Origin: an uncultured Candidatus Saccharibacteria bacterium
Lineage (GTDB): Bacteria; Patescibacteriota; WWE3; UBA101185; UBA10185
DNA: 64,000 bases
Direction of reading: 5' to 3'
NCBI GenBank assembly: GCA_964490125.1
Contig: CAZBAJ010000001.1
Coordinates: forward strand, 3,573-67,572
In this document: in pieces, positions 49,583 through 58,957 of the stretch
Layout of the letters: each line of letters starts with the position of its first letter
How positions within the stretch are numbered: the first letter of the stretch is position 1
Translations under genes and position numbers: made by a program
Notes under the pieces: generated by a model
The model's input: only the letters and a program-made list of their open reading frames with translations
The model's database searches: none
What the model was told of the DNA's origin: nothing

Positions 49583-50470
49583 CTACCCATGGATTATTCT
49601 AAACTTTCGGTTTGAGTTAAAAATTCTTACTAATTTTTCAAAATTTTCATCGGGGTTTTGCAGTAGGCGTGCTAGGTTGTCTATTTCTCGTAGGTCGTTT
49701 TCTTTTATTGTTGGGAATACTTTTAAAAAGGCCATATCTACGGTGTTAGTATAAATAGGCTCATTATTCATTAGGCAGTGAAAATCGTAAAAGAGTTCCC
49801 ATGCTATGACGACTAGTCCTTGCGTACCTCCACTATTTTGAAAATAACCCGGATTAACTTTGCCGCTCCTTACCCTAAGCCAAGCATCAGCCGAGAAATC
49901 AAATAAGTCTTTAGGTAAGTCGTAGGGGTCGAATTTAATATAAGGTTCTATGCTGACATCGACATCTATAGATATCCAGCGGCTTTCAACAATATTCCAA
50001 TACTGGGTTATCCAATGATCCCAACTGCACCCCTTCATATCTTCGTATTCGAAATAAGGAGCAAAACCCGATCTGACGCGAGCGGGAATCCCCCTTGTTT
50101 TTAGCATCGATGCCACAAGTATTGCTACATTTCTACAACTAACAATTAAGCTATTTTCTTCTGTACATTCTAAAGTTAGACCCCGTGGGTCTCTCCTAAA
50201 AAGCTCCGAAAGCATCGAAGATGTCGTTGTGAAAACATCGTCCTCTCTGCACCTGTACCAAGGTACTTTTGTCATATCGCCATAGCGCAGGTCTTTGTTG
50301 GTTTGGGTGTTTCCGATTTCCAGAGCGTGTGCGTCGATGACACTTTTTCTAATTAAGTATCCAATTTTCTCTATGTCACTCGTTGGCAAACTCTTTAGAT
50401 AATCGGCATAACAGCCGGGAAAGGTTGCGTGCGAGTATTTTGTGTAGTAATCCAAGATAGTTTGATTCAT
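49583..50470 (-). CDS. Transglutaminase-like (Cys-His-Asp) protein
   Basis: SCRNVAIL, GIPARVRSGFA.YF, DHWITQYW, WISIDV. Confidence 0.85.
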   Translation of the reverse strand: MNQTILDYYTKYSHATFPGCYADYLKSLPTSDIEKIGYLIRKSVIDAHALEIGNTQTNKDLRYGDMTKVPWYRCREDDVFTTTSSMLSELFRRDPRGLTLECTEENSLIVSCRNVAILVASMLKTRGIPARVRSGFAPYFEYEDMKGCSWDHWITQYWNIVESRWISIDVDVSIEPYIKFDPYDLPKDLFDFSADAWLRVRSGKVNPGYFQNSGGTQGLVVIAWELFYDFHCLMNNEPIYTNTVDMAFLKVFPTIKENDLREIDNLARLLQNPDENFEKLVRIFNSNRKFRIIHG

Positions 50471-50507
50471 GGGTGAATATTACAACCGAAAAATTTTAAT
50501 TACAACT

Positions 50508-51305
50508 TCATTCAATCGGTAAGAAAATCTCAAAAACTTGTTGGGTTGTGTCTGCGTTTACTTTCCAATATATTTCAAAGTCGGAAACTTTATTTTTCAC
50601 TTTGATTCTGTTGATCCTGCAATATTTTTCCAACTCTTTCCAAAACAGTGAAAGCATTTCTCCAGCACCACTGTGTTTATAAGAAATCACCTTTCCTGGG
50701 CTAAAGGTCATATGTCGTACAACATTCTTAAACTCCGGTTTTATGGCGATATCTTTGTCACTAAAAACGCATATTTTAATGTGGCAATTTTTTGGACGAT
50801 AGCCCTGATCCTCAAAAACAGCCATTGTGGTTAAACCGTCGTGAGGTTTTTCGATCATATTTATTAGCTCGCTACAATACATGCCGATTTTTGAGTAGGC
50901 GCCTATTTTGTCGATGTAGTAAACGCTAAGAGGTTGAAATACCGAAATTTTAGGTTTGATCATGGTCCGATTTGTTTTAAGATTTTCCAAGAAATTATCA
51001 ATATTTTTTAAGTTAAATTCTAGAGTACTCATTTCCTTTAGTATTGTCGGGCGTTTTTCCTTAAATAGTTCAACCAATTTTCCATGATTATTTAGATACT
51101 CCTTTATTTCTTTTAGAGAAATACCTAGCGTTGTGAGTAGTAAAACCATCTGATAATCTAAAATCTGTCTTTGGGAATAATACCGAAACCCCCGCAAGTC
51201 GATCCTTTCCGGTTTTAGGACACCTTTTTGGTCGTAGAATAAAATCGTTCGTTTTGTTGTACAGGCGAGTTTTGCGAACTCGCCCGGTGTTATAAAAGCG
51301 TCCAT
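50508..51305 (-). CDS. MerR-family regulator with C-terminal GyrI-like ligand domain (BmrR-like)
   Basis: GEFAKL..T.RTI.FYD..G.LKP, G.RYYS, LG.SL.EIK; C-terminal IGAY..., FEIY, EIFLPI. Confidence 0.9.
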   Translation of the reverse strand: MDAFITPGEFAKLACTTKRTILFYDQKGVLKPERIDLRGFRYYSQRQILDYQMVLLLTTLGISLKEIKEYLNNHGKLVELFKEKRPTILKEMSTLEFNLKNIDNFLENLKTNRTMIKPKISVFQPLSVYYIDKIGAYSKIGMYCSELINMIEKPHDGLTTMAVFEDQGYRPKNCHIKICVFSDKDIAIKPEFKNVVRHMTFSPGKVISYKHSGAGEMLSLFWKELEKYCRINRIKVKNKVSDFEIYWKVNADTTQQVFEIFLPIE

Positions 51306-51307
51306 AC

Positions 51308-51338
51308 TTGACTATAACCTCGCGTTACACCTTATTAT
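51308..51338 (+). promoter_or_regulatory. MerR-type promoter with 19-bp spacer and dyad
   Basis: TTGACT (51308-13), 19-nt spacer, TATTAT (51333-38); imperfect dyad TATAAC-N5-GTTACA. Confidence 0.75.
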
Positions 51339-51348
51339 AGCATCCATT

Positions 51349-53607
51349 ATGTCTAATATAGTTATAAAAGGAGCGCGCGAGCACAACCTTAAAGGTGTTG
51401 ATATAACGATACCTCGCAACAAGGTTGTGTGTTTTGTGGGTGTGTCGGGTAGCGGAAAGTCCACAATTGCCTTCGATATCGTCGCAAAAGAGGGGCAAAG
51501 GCAATATTTTGAAAGTTTGTCGGCTTATGCCCGCAGGTACTTGCAAAAGAGCAATCGTCCTGATATTGACGATATCAAGGGAATATCTTCCACAGTTATT
51601 ATTAGTCAAGACAGGCTTACCAAGAATCCGCGTTCGACTGTTGGTACTGTGACTGAAACTTACACCTACCTTAGGTTGTTGTACTCTAGAGTAGGTTGGC
51701 CTCCAATGGACTCTTCCAACTATTCGTTTAATCATCCCGACGGTTTTTGTCCAAGATGTAAGGGTCTAGGTAGGGCCATGGATGTGGACATAAATAAATT
51801 AGTCGATGTGAGTTTATCTCTTAACGAGGGGGCTATAAAATATAGCAACTGGCGAGTGAATAGTATGTATTGGAAGATTGTTAGAGAAAGCGGATATTTT
51901 GATATGGACAAAAAGCTTAAAGATTTTAGTGAAAGCGAAATGAACAAGTTGCTCTATTCCAAGAAAGAGACACTGGATGACAGGGTAGGAAACGGTGTAA
52001 TCCACCCAACCTATAAGGGTATAGTAACTCATCTGCTCGGGCGTGGTTCTAGTGCAGTTAGAAGTGTAAACGATGAGGAACTAAGCTATTTTAGTTATAT
52101 AGATTGCCCTTTGTGTCACGGTTGGAGAATAAGTCAAAAAGCTTTGGAGGTTAAGTTAAATGGATTGAATATCGGCGAAGTCGGTAATTTGCCTATCTAC
52201 GATTGTCTAAGTTTTGTGCAAAGTATTAAGCACCCGCATGCCGATGTAATTAAGCCCAGACTGGAACTCCAACTCCAGCATTTAATAAACGTGGGTGTAG
52301 GGTATTTATCACTAAACAGGACTACGGATACTCTGTCGGGTGGAGAGTCGCAAAGAATAAAAATGGCAAGACAGCTCGGTTCCGACTTGACAGAGACAAT
52401 TTATGTTTTGGACGAGCCAACTGCGGGTCTGCATCCTCGCGATGTCGACAAGGTTATTGAGAACTTAAGAAAATTAAAGGACGGCGGAAACACTGTTTTA
52501 ATAGTTGAGCATGATCCGGAGGTTATAAAGTCGGCTGACTACATCATTGAAGTTGGACCTGGCGGTGGAAAAAAGGGTGGAAACATTGTTGCAACGGGTT
52601 CTTTAACCGAGATTAAAGCCAATCCAACATCTATAACAGCCAAGTACATAAATGGCAGTGACAAGATACGGTTGCCTGAAGAATATAGAGAAAGAAACGG
52701 TAATATAAGTATTGCAAATGCTTCAACCCACAACCTAAAAAATATAAGCGTTGACATTCCGACAGGCGTGTTGGTGGCGTTAACCGGTGTTTCAGGTAGT
52801 GGGAAGAGCTCGTTGGTGGAGGAAATTTGTAGGCAGTACCAGCACAAAGTCACGCTTGTTGATCAGAGCGCTGTGGGTGCTAACCAAAGAGGCTGTATTG
52901 CTACCTATACGGGAACCTTTGACATTATCAGAAAGCTCTTTGCTCAAGAAAATAAAGTCAGCGTTAGTTTATTTAGCTACAACAGTAGCGGTGCTTGTGA
53001 AGACTGCAAAGGTTTAGGTCATATGGATGTTGATATGAATTTTTTAGGTGACATCAAGATTAAGTGTCCCAAGTGTAATGGGAAAAGGTATAAGCAGGAA
53101 GTATTGAAGTATTTATATAAAGGTAAGAGCATAGATCGGGTTTTAGAAAGTACAGTTGAGGAAGCGCTAGAGTTTTTTGATCAAAAAGAAATAAAAGTTA
53201 AGCTTGCAATGTTGGCAGAAGTCGGACTAGATTATATAGAAATTGGTCAGTCTTTGGACACCTTATCGGGCGGGGAATCTCAAAGATTAAAGTTAGCCAG
53301 TCGTTTGCAAGCAAAGGGTGAGTTTTATATCTTGGACGAGCCCACTTCCGGCCTTCACCTTGCTGATGTAGAAAAGTTACTCAAACTTTTGAATCGCCTG
53401 GTTGACAATGGGAACACTGTTTTGGTAGTCGAGCATAATTTAAAGATTATTGTGTCCAGCGATTGGGTTATCGATTTAGGACCCGATGGTGGCGATAAAG
53501 GCGGGGAACTGATCGTCCAAGGAACACCAAAAGATATTTTAAGTTGTGACCAGTCGTATACCGCAAAGTATTTAAGGGGAACGGTAAGTTTGGAAAATAA
53601 AGCTTAA
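51349..53607 (+). CDS. UvrA-like ABC ATPase (class II, DrrC/Ecm16-type)
   Basis: GAREHNLK, GVSGSGKS twice, LSGGESQR twice, LDEPT.GLH; 752 aa with no UvrB-binding segment between PRSTVGT and FSFN-like motif. Confidence 0.9.
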   Translation: MSNIVIKGAREHNLKGVDITIPRNKVVCFVGVSGSGKSTIAFDIVAKEGQRQYFESLSAYARRYLQKSNRPDIDDIKGISSTVIISQDRLTKNPRSTVGTVTETYTYLRLLYSRVGWPPMDSSNYSFNHPDGFCPRCKGLGRAMDVDINKLVDVSLSLNEGAIKYSNWRVNSMYWKIVRESGYFDMDKKLKDFSESEMNKLLYSKKETLDDRVGNGVIHPTYKGIVTHLLGRGSSAVRSVNDEELSYFSYIDCPLCHGWRISQKALEVKLNGLNIGEVGNLPIYDCLSFVQSIKHPHADVIKPRLELQLQHLINVGVGYLSLNRTTDTLSGGESQRIKMARQLGSDLTETIYVLDEPTAGLHPRDVDKVIENLRKLKDGGNTVLIVEHDPEVIKSADYIIEVGPGGGKKGGNIVATGSLTEIKANPTSITAKYINGSDKIRLPEEYRERNGNISIANASTHNLKNISVDIPTGVLVALTGVSGSGKSSLVEEICRQYQHKVTLVDQSAVGANQRGCIATYTGTFDIIRKLFAQENKVSVSLFSYNSSGACEDCKGLGHMDVDMNFLGDIKIKCPKCNGKRYKQEVLKYLYKGKSIDRVLESTVEEALEFFDQKEIKVKLAMLAEVGLDYIEIGQSLDTLSGGESQRLKLASRLQAKGEFYILDEPTSGLHLADVEKLLKLLNRLVDNGNTVLVVEHNLKIIVSSDWVIDLGPDGGDKGGELIVQGTPKDILSCDQSYTAKYLRGTVSLENKA

Positions 53608-53686
53608 CCACTAGTTTCGTACTCTCAAAAACCCAGGTCACAATAATGATAAAATTATCTACACTAAGAAAAATTTGGCAGTAATT

Positions 53687-54574
53687 ATGGTCCCAAAAAT
53701 AACCGAACTCCAAGCCAAGTCGATTTTTACCAAATCCGGATTGCCTGGGTCGGATTGGGTAATTAATCCGTACAACGGTTGTTTATTTGGTTGCATGTAT
53801 TGTTACGCGGCGCAAATTGCTAGGTGGAAACATCCTAATGAGCAGTGGGGTACCTATTTAGATGTCAAACTAAAAGCCCCGGAGTTGCTAAAACAAGAGC
53901 TTGCCAAGTTGGAAAAACGCCATAAAACCAAGGATTTTGGCTCGGTATTTTTTAGCTCTGTTACGGATCCGTATGTGGGCGTGGAGGCAAAATACCGGCT
54001 AACCCGGCAGTGTTTAGAGGTTTTGGCGGACTTTGGATACGCGGGTGCGGTTTCGGTTCAGACCAAGTCGCCCCTAGTTACGCGGGATATTGATATGCTT
54101 GCCCGCCTAAAAAATGCTTCTGTAGGTTTTACTATTACTTCTTTGGACGACAAAATCTCCGCTTTTTTGGAGGTAATGGCGCCACCTATAAGTCATCGGT
54201 TGGATGCGTTAAAAAAGTTGCACGACGCAGGGATTTCCACCTACGCATTTGTCGGTCCTATTTTGCCGCATTTTCTCGTCGACCAGCAGATTTTAAAGAT
54301 ACTGTTAGATGAGTTGCAGGAAGTTGGCGTGACCGAGGTTTGGTTTGAGCATATAAATTTAAGTCCAAAAATTAAGGAACGCCTGTACGACTATTTGCGT
54401 AAAAAGGCTCCGGAGTTGATTGAGGTTTTTGACCAAGCTAATACACAGGAGTATCGTAATCAGTTGGACGACTTTATTGTTGCGGAAATGAAATCCCGTG
54501 GGTTGACGCTAGGGCTTAACAAAGTGATCCACCACCGGAGTTTGCCAAAGAAAGACCTTATTAATCTTGCTTGA
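53687..54574 (+). CDS. Radical SAM protein, SplB/Rv2578c DNA-repair-like family
   Basis: INPYNGCLFGCMYCYA, SSVTDPY...E..Y.LTR, QTKS. Confidence 0.9.
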   Translation: MVPKITELQAKSIFTKSGLPGSDWVINPYNGCLFGCMYCYAAQIARWKHPNEQWGTYLDVKLKAPELLKQELAKLEKRHKTKDFGSVFFSSVTDPYVGVEAKYRLTRQCLEVLADFGYAGAVSVQTKSPLVTRDIDMLARLKNASVGFTITSLDDKISAFLEVMAPPISHRLDALKKLHDAGISTYAFVGPILPHFLVDQQILKILLDELQEVGVTEVWFEHINLSPKIKERLYDYLRKKAPELIEVFDQANTQEYRNQLDDFIVAEMKSRGLTLGLNKVIHHRSLPKKDLINLA

Positions 54575-54599
54575 TTTTTTCTAGGGGATTTGGTAACAT
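54571..54599 (+). promoter_or_regulatory. Putative promoter facing the 3' end of the NYN gene
   Basis: TTGATT (54571-76), 17-nt spacer, TG-extended TAACAT (54594-99); no plus-strand gene directly downstream. Confidence 0.55.
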
Positions 54600-54603
54600 A
54601 CGG

Positions 54604-54665
54604 CAGATCGAAAGATTAAGAATTCGGTGGCTAAAGGGCTCCTTTACGGAGTCCTTTGTGCATCT
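54604..54665 (+). ncRNA. Putative small two-hairpin RNA convergent on the NYN gene (second hairpin may also act as terminator)
   Basis: GAUC-GAAA-GAUU (GNRA loop), then AAAGGGCUCC-UUUAC-GGAGUCCUUU. Confidence 0.45.
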
Positions 54666-55408
54666 TAAGGAGTTATTTCCTTTCTCCAACAGATAAAATC
54701 CTTAATATCGAAGATGTCGAAGATGAATAAACCCTCCTTTTTAAGCTCGTTTAGTTCGGCCGAAATTCTTCCAGCCGTCCCAAAAACTACAGCGTTTCTA
54801 TTGCTTTTTAAGATTCTTCTAAGCGGGTCGTAAAAGTCGCTGTCTCCACTCCACAATATAAAATTTTGGGTTTTTCCTTTTTCGCTTTCCAAGAGCATGT
54901 CCACCGCCATCTCGACATCAAAGTTGCATTTTCTCTCCTCGATAAAATATTCTCCCCTTCTGTTCATATCTACAAAACAACCATTTAGGTATTTGATTGT
55001 TGGTGAGGTATATCTTCTAAGTAAGGCTGGGCTTATAAATTGGCGAAGTAACTCTGTTGAAGTCGGTACGATCCTTCTTGCGTCTATTTTTAATCTCATT
55101 ATCTTTACGGGTTTTGTTTGCAATGTGTAACCCAGTCTATTTATGTCATATATTTCTTTTTGCGCGTTAGGGTCGTTTTTAAGGTAGCCGTTGTAAAGGC
55201 TAACCGATTTAACGGTATCGAAAGAGTCCAAGAACTGTTTTAGCCTCTTTAATTCAATATGCCAACCAAGCTTTGTACTCCAAGGTCTTACATTAGCATA
55301 GTCAATATAAACCGCGGTAGGTTGGGCAAACACGGCTTCTAGTTTTGTTATTACATTGGGATGTAAATTAGCAAGCACCTTTATTTTGTCGGTTTTTGGT
55401 GTAAACAT
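54665..55408 (-). CDS. NYN-domain (PIN-like) ribonuclease
   Basis: VYIDYANV, KCNFDVEMAVD, LWSGDSDF acidic active-site motifs. Confidence 0.9.
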   Translation of the reverse strand: MFTPKTDKIKVLANLHPNVITKLEAVFAQPTAVYIDYANVRPWSTKLGWHIELKRLKQFLDSFDTVKSVSLYNGYLKNDPNAQKEIYDINRLGYTLQTKPVKIMRLKIDARRIVPTSTELLRQFISPALLRRYTSPTIKYLNGCFVDMNRRGEYFIEERKCNFDVEMAVDMLLESEKGKTQNFILWSGDSDFYDPLRRILKSNRNAVVFGTAGRISAELNELKKEGLFIFDIFDIKDFICWRKEITP

Positions 55409-55601
55409 AAATGCTCAGAAGTGTTCAGGTCATACTATCAATATTTGTCCAAAAGTCAATACATATTTATTGTTAGGTACCCATTTATTCGGGCGACTTG
55501 TGAACTAATGCCCTTTCCTTCAATTCAAATAAACGCCTTTCTCTAAACCGTTTTAGTACTATTTTAATGCGCTATATCCCTAGTCGTACTATAATACCCA
55601 C

Positions 55602-56777
55602 ATGTTAATAGAACTCTCCCCCGACCAAGATCTTGCCCGCAAGTTTATTATGGATTGGTACAACTCAAAAAGTCGCCCGCCGTACATTACTTTGGGAGGC
55701 TATGCGGGCACGGGCAAGACCACGCTCATTACTTATTTACGGCGCCAGCTCAAAGTCGACCATAAAAAGCTAAAAGTGGCGTTTTGTGCTTATACGGGCA
55801 AGGCCACGCAGGTTTTAAAACGCAAGCTGGCGGAGCATAACGCTGTGCATTTTGGCGACGAAGTGCGGACGATCCACTCGCTTATTTACAAAGCTATAAC
55901 GGACGAACATGGGTTTATTATTGGTTGGCGACGGCGGGACAGCCTGGACACGGAGCCTAATTTACTAATTGTAGACGAAGCAAGTATGGTTGATCAGGAA
56001 ATTTGGCAGGACTTACTTTCTTACCATGTACCTATTATAGCGGTGGGCGACCATGGTCAGCTTCCCCCCGTGTCGGGTGACTTTAACTTAATGCAAAACC
56101 CGCACTTGAAGTTGGAAAAAATCCATCGCCAGGCGGAGGAAAATCCAATTATTAAACTTTCTGTTATAGCACGGGAAACCGGTTTGATACCGCACGGTGA
56201 CTACGGCGACCATGTTTTTAAAGCAACGCCTGCTGATGCGTCCACCATGCTAGAAAACATTTTTTGTAACTTTTCTTCCGACCAGTTAGTTTTATGCGGT
56301 TATAATTCAACCAGGGTTAAGCTAAACGCCACAATAAGGAACGCCTTGGGTTTTGAAACGCCGGAACCGTACCCGGGTGACAGAGTGATTTGTCTGCGCA
56401 ACAATAGGCAAAAAGAGGTTTACAACGGGATGTTGGGGTACCTAGAGTATATTAATAGGCTGTCTAAAAATAAATACCTAATTGAGGTCGCCATGGATTC
56501 TTATGAAGAAGGTCATACCTATTCCGGAGTTGTTTCCGCGGAGCAGTTTGGCGCGCAAAAAACACTAAATAACATTTTAGGGTACGCAAAAACTAAGGAG
56601 ATGGACTTGTTTGACTTTGGGTACGCGCTTACAGTTCACAAAGCGCAGGGGAGTCAGGCAAAAAAGGTGGTGGTGTTTGAGGAGCGCTTTTCCCGCGACA
56701 CTGAAGAGGACTGGCGCCGTTGGCTGTACACCGCTGTCACCCGCGCGGAGGAGGAACTTTTAATTGTAGGGAATTAA
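55602..56777 (+). CDS. RecD/Dda-like SF1B DNA helicase
   Basis: GYAGTGKT, AYTGKA, TIHSLIY, VDEASM, GDHGQLPPV, YALTVHKAQGSQ, LYTAVTRA. Confidence 0.93.
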   Translation: MLIELSPDQDLARKFIMDWYNSKSRPPYITLGGYAGTGKTTLITYLRRQLKVDHKKLKVAFCAYTGKATQVLKRKLAEHNAVHFGDEVRTIHSLIYKAITDEHGFIIGWRRRDSLDTEPNLLIVDEASMVDQEIWQDLLSYHVPIIAVGDHGQLPPVSGDFNLMQNPHLKLEKIHRQAEENPIIKLSVIARETGLIPHGDYGDHVFKATPADASTMLENIFCNFSSDQLVLCGYNSTRVKLNATIRNALGFETPEPYPGDRVICLRNNRQKEVYNGMLGYLEYINRLSKNKYLIEVAMDSYEEGHTYSGVVSAEQFGAQKTLNNILGYAKTKEMDLFDFGYALTVHKAQGSQAKKVVVFEERFSRDTEEDWRRWLYTAVTRAEEELLIVGN

Positions 56778-57311
56778 AACGCCTTCGGTTTAAATCCCGG
56801 TTTGTTTAGTATTTTTATACCGTTCCGTTTCTTGGTTATGGCAAATAATCCCTCTTTTTCAATTTCGCCCGCCCGAGCGTTTGTAAGTTTTTCGCTGGCT
56901 AAGGCGCCGTACACTTTGGTATTAATTAATAAATGGCTGTGAGAACTTTTAAAACGGGGGATGATATTTTCAACCAAGTCCACGACATCATTGTAGCTTG
57001 CTGTTTTTACTACTTTTATTACCACAGCATTGACTGGATTGTGCGCTACAACATCATAAATAAAACCGTCAATATCGGTGAGGTTTTTAATAATAATGTC
57101 AAACCTTGTCTTACGAAGTCTTTTCCTATGCTGGAGGTAAAAAATATAGACGGTCTTTAAAGCCAATCTCCTCATCGGGAAAATTCTCTTTGTACAGTTT
57201 TTGAAATTCTCTGTCGATTTGTCGCTCAAGTCGTTTTTCTTCACGGGTATCGGCGATAAGTTGCTTATACTTTGCAAATAACTCATCTTTGGTTAGATTC
57301 TCTATCTTCAT
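56774..57311 (-). pseudogene. Frameshifted PD-(D/E)XK-like (DUF3782-type) gene
   Basis: ORF 57311-57126 joins ORF ending 56774 if one base is removed from the 6-base homopolymer at 57139-57144; C-terminus YDVVA.N, VYGALA, GLF.I, N..GFKPKAF. Confidence 0.7.
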
Positions 57312-57357
57312 TCGTAAATTTTAACAAAATTCTTGGAAGTTGGTCTATAATAAGGCT

Positions 57358-57801
57358 ATGGAAAGTTTAGTCGACGAATTAAGGTTGGCGCGAACGGCTG
57401 TTATTGAGGCAGTTTCTAAAGTCGCCAGGAATAAACGAGAGGTTGTGTTTTTAGGCGACTGGACATTAAAGGATTTAATCGCGCATTTGACGGGCTGGGC
57501 TAATTATCAGCTTGAGGTTATTAAAGATGTCCAAACAGGCAGGATTCCCAAAGAACCCGGAAGTATTGACGGGTTTAATGAAAAATCTACTAGAAAAAGG
57601 GCGACGCAGTCTTGGGAAAAAACATATTCAGAATTTTTGGACGCTAGCCAAAAACTTATCGACACCTATCAGAAGTTACCAAACGATTTGTGGGATACCT
57701 TGCTTTGGGAAGACAAAAAGACGACTTTGAAAAAGTTTATTAATATTGAGATACGACATTACAAGAAAACACATTTGCCACAAATTTTAAAACTGGTATA
57801 G
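57358..57801 (+). CDS. ClbS/DfsB-like (DinB superfamily) four-helix bundle protein
   Basis: GDWTLKDLIAHLTGW, FNE, HY..HL..I. Confidence 0.8.
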   Translation: MESLVDELRLARTAVIEAVSKVARNKREVVFLGDWTLKDLIAHLTGWANYQLEVIKDVQTGRIPKEPGSIDGFNEKSTRKRATQSWEKTYSEFLDASQKLIDTYQKLPNDLWDTLLWEDKKTTLKKFINIEIRHYKKTHLPQILKLV

Positions 57802-57820
57802 CGTTTTGCAATCCCCGCTA

Positions 57821-58492
57821 TTACTTCAGTATGTATTGGGATTTAACACTATAAACGCAATAAGGTTTCCAGTTAATTTTTAAAACGCAAAGATCGATTT
57901 CAGGCCATTTATTTTCCAGCTTGATAATTTCCCTTTCGTCAAGCCAAATACATTTTTGGAGCTTCATTTTGTCCTTTTGGTTAATCGTAATCGAAGTTTT
58001 ATAAACTCCAAAAGCGTCGTCAAATATAGTATCACCGCTTTTTGTAATAACCGTTTTCATATGTAAAGAGTCGAATGTAAAATCTGTATAAGGGATATGT
58101 AAACCTGTTTCGTCGTAGAAAATTCTGGGCAAGGCATCTTCCAGGCTTTCTCCAAATAACGGCGAGCCACTTGGTAAATTGTAGAAGGTCTGCTGGTTGC
58201 TTTCATGGGGTTTGATCAGAAAATCCTCGCCGCAACTACAAACAAAGCCTACAAAGAACATTTTAAAAGCATCGTCCTTTAGATCCGTTTTTTGAAAAGT
58301 AGACAGAGTGGTTAACCCTTTAGCCGTAATAAAATACTTGTCGTTGTGTTTTTCCACCAAGTCACCTGATATCAGTCGTTTTAAATGAAAAACAATATTG
58401 TCCTCGGCATCGTAGCCACGCGCTAGAGAAGAGAATGTCCGTCCATTTTCGTCGACTAGTCTTTTGATCAGCAGTTTCTGGAGTGTGTGCAT
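57821..58492 (-). CDS. Winged-HTH plus degenerate NUDIX-fold regulator
   Basis: FS.L....FHLKRLI..LVEK...Y.IT.KG, then LPSG...GES.EDA..R...ETG. Confidence 0.7.
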   Translation of the reverse strand: MHTLQKLLIKRLVDENGRTFSSLARGYDAEDNIVFHLKRLISGDLVEKHNDKYFITAKGLTTLSTFQKTDLKDDAFKMFFVGFVCSCGEDFLIKPHESNQQTFYNLPSGSPLFGESLEDALPRIFYDETGLHIPYTDFTFDSLHMKTVITKSGDTIFDDAFGVYKTSITINQKDKMKLQKCIWLDEREIIKLENKWPEIDLCVLKINWKPYCVYSVKSQYILK

Positions 58493-58493
58493 A

Positions 58494-58511
58494 AGTGTAG
58501 TTTACTACACT
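58494..58511. promoter_or_regulatory. Perfect inverted repeat AGTGTAG-N4-CTACACT (candidate operator)
   Basis: Overlaps the -10 (TAAACT, minus strand) of the HTH-NUDIX gene in a divergent intergenic region. Confidence 0.6.
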
Positions 58512-58571
58512 AGAAGGCAGGTTGCGGACAGTATACAATTGCCGTACTAGTAAGATAGAGAGGAGGATACC

Positions 58572-58952
58572 ATGATTATCAAATTGTTTGCTGTGTGTTT
58601 ATTGGTAGGCGACTTTGAGAAGTCGCTTAACTTTTATAAGGATGTTCTGGGATTGAAGGTAAAGTCGCAGGAGGGAGACAGCTTTGCAAATTTTGAGCTT
58701 GAAGGTACGGAACTGGCGATTTTCCAGAAAGATGACGCTACAGCCATGTTCCCCAAAAAATATATGGGTAATGGTGGTGGTTCTGTTTTGGGTTTTCAGG
58801 TTGGGGAACTGGATAAATATTGTCGTGAACTTAGTCAAAAAGGTGTAGAGACAATTGAAGGACCAAAAACCACTCCGTGGGGACAAAAAGTGGCGTATTT
58901 TAGGGATCCGGATAATAATATTTGGGAGGTTTCTGAACCTTTCGAGGAATAA
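58572..58952 (+). CDS. VOC/glyoxalase/bleomycin-resistance family protein
   Basis: L.V.DFEKS..FYKDVLGL, PWGQ..AYFRDPDNN.WE. Confidence 0.93.
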   Translation: MIIKLFAVCLLVGDFEKSLNFYKDVLGLKVKSQEGDSFANFELEGTELAIFQKDDATAMFPKKYMGNGGGSVLGFQVGELDKYCRELSQKGVETIEGPKTTPWGQKVAYFRDPDNNIWEVSEPFEE

Positions 58953-58957
58953 GTGTG

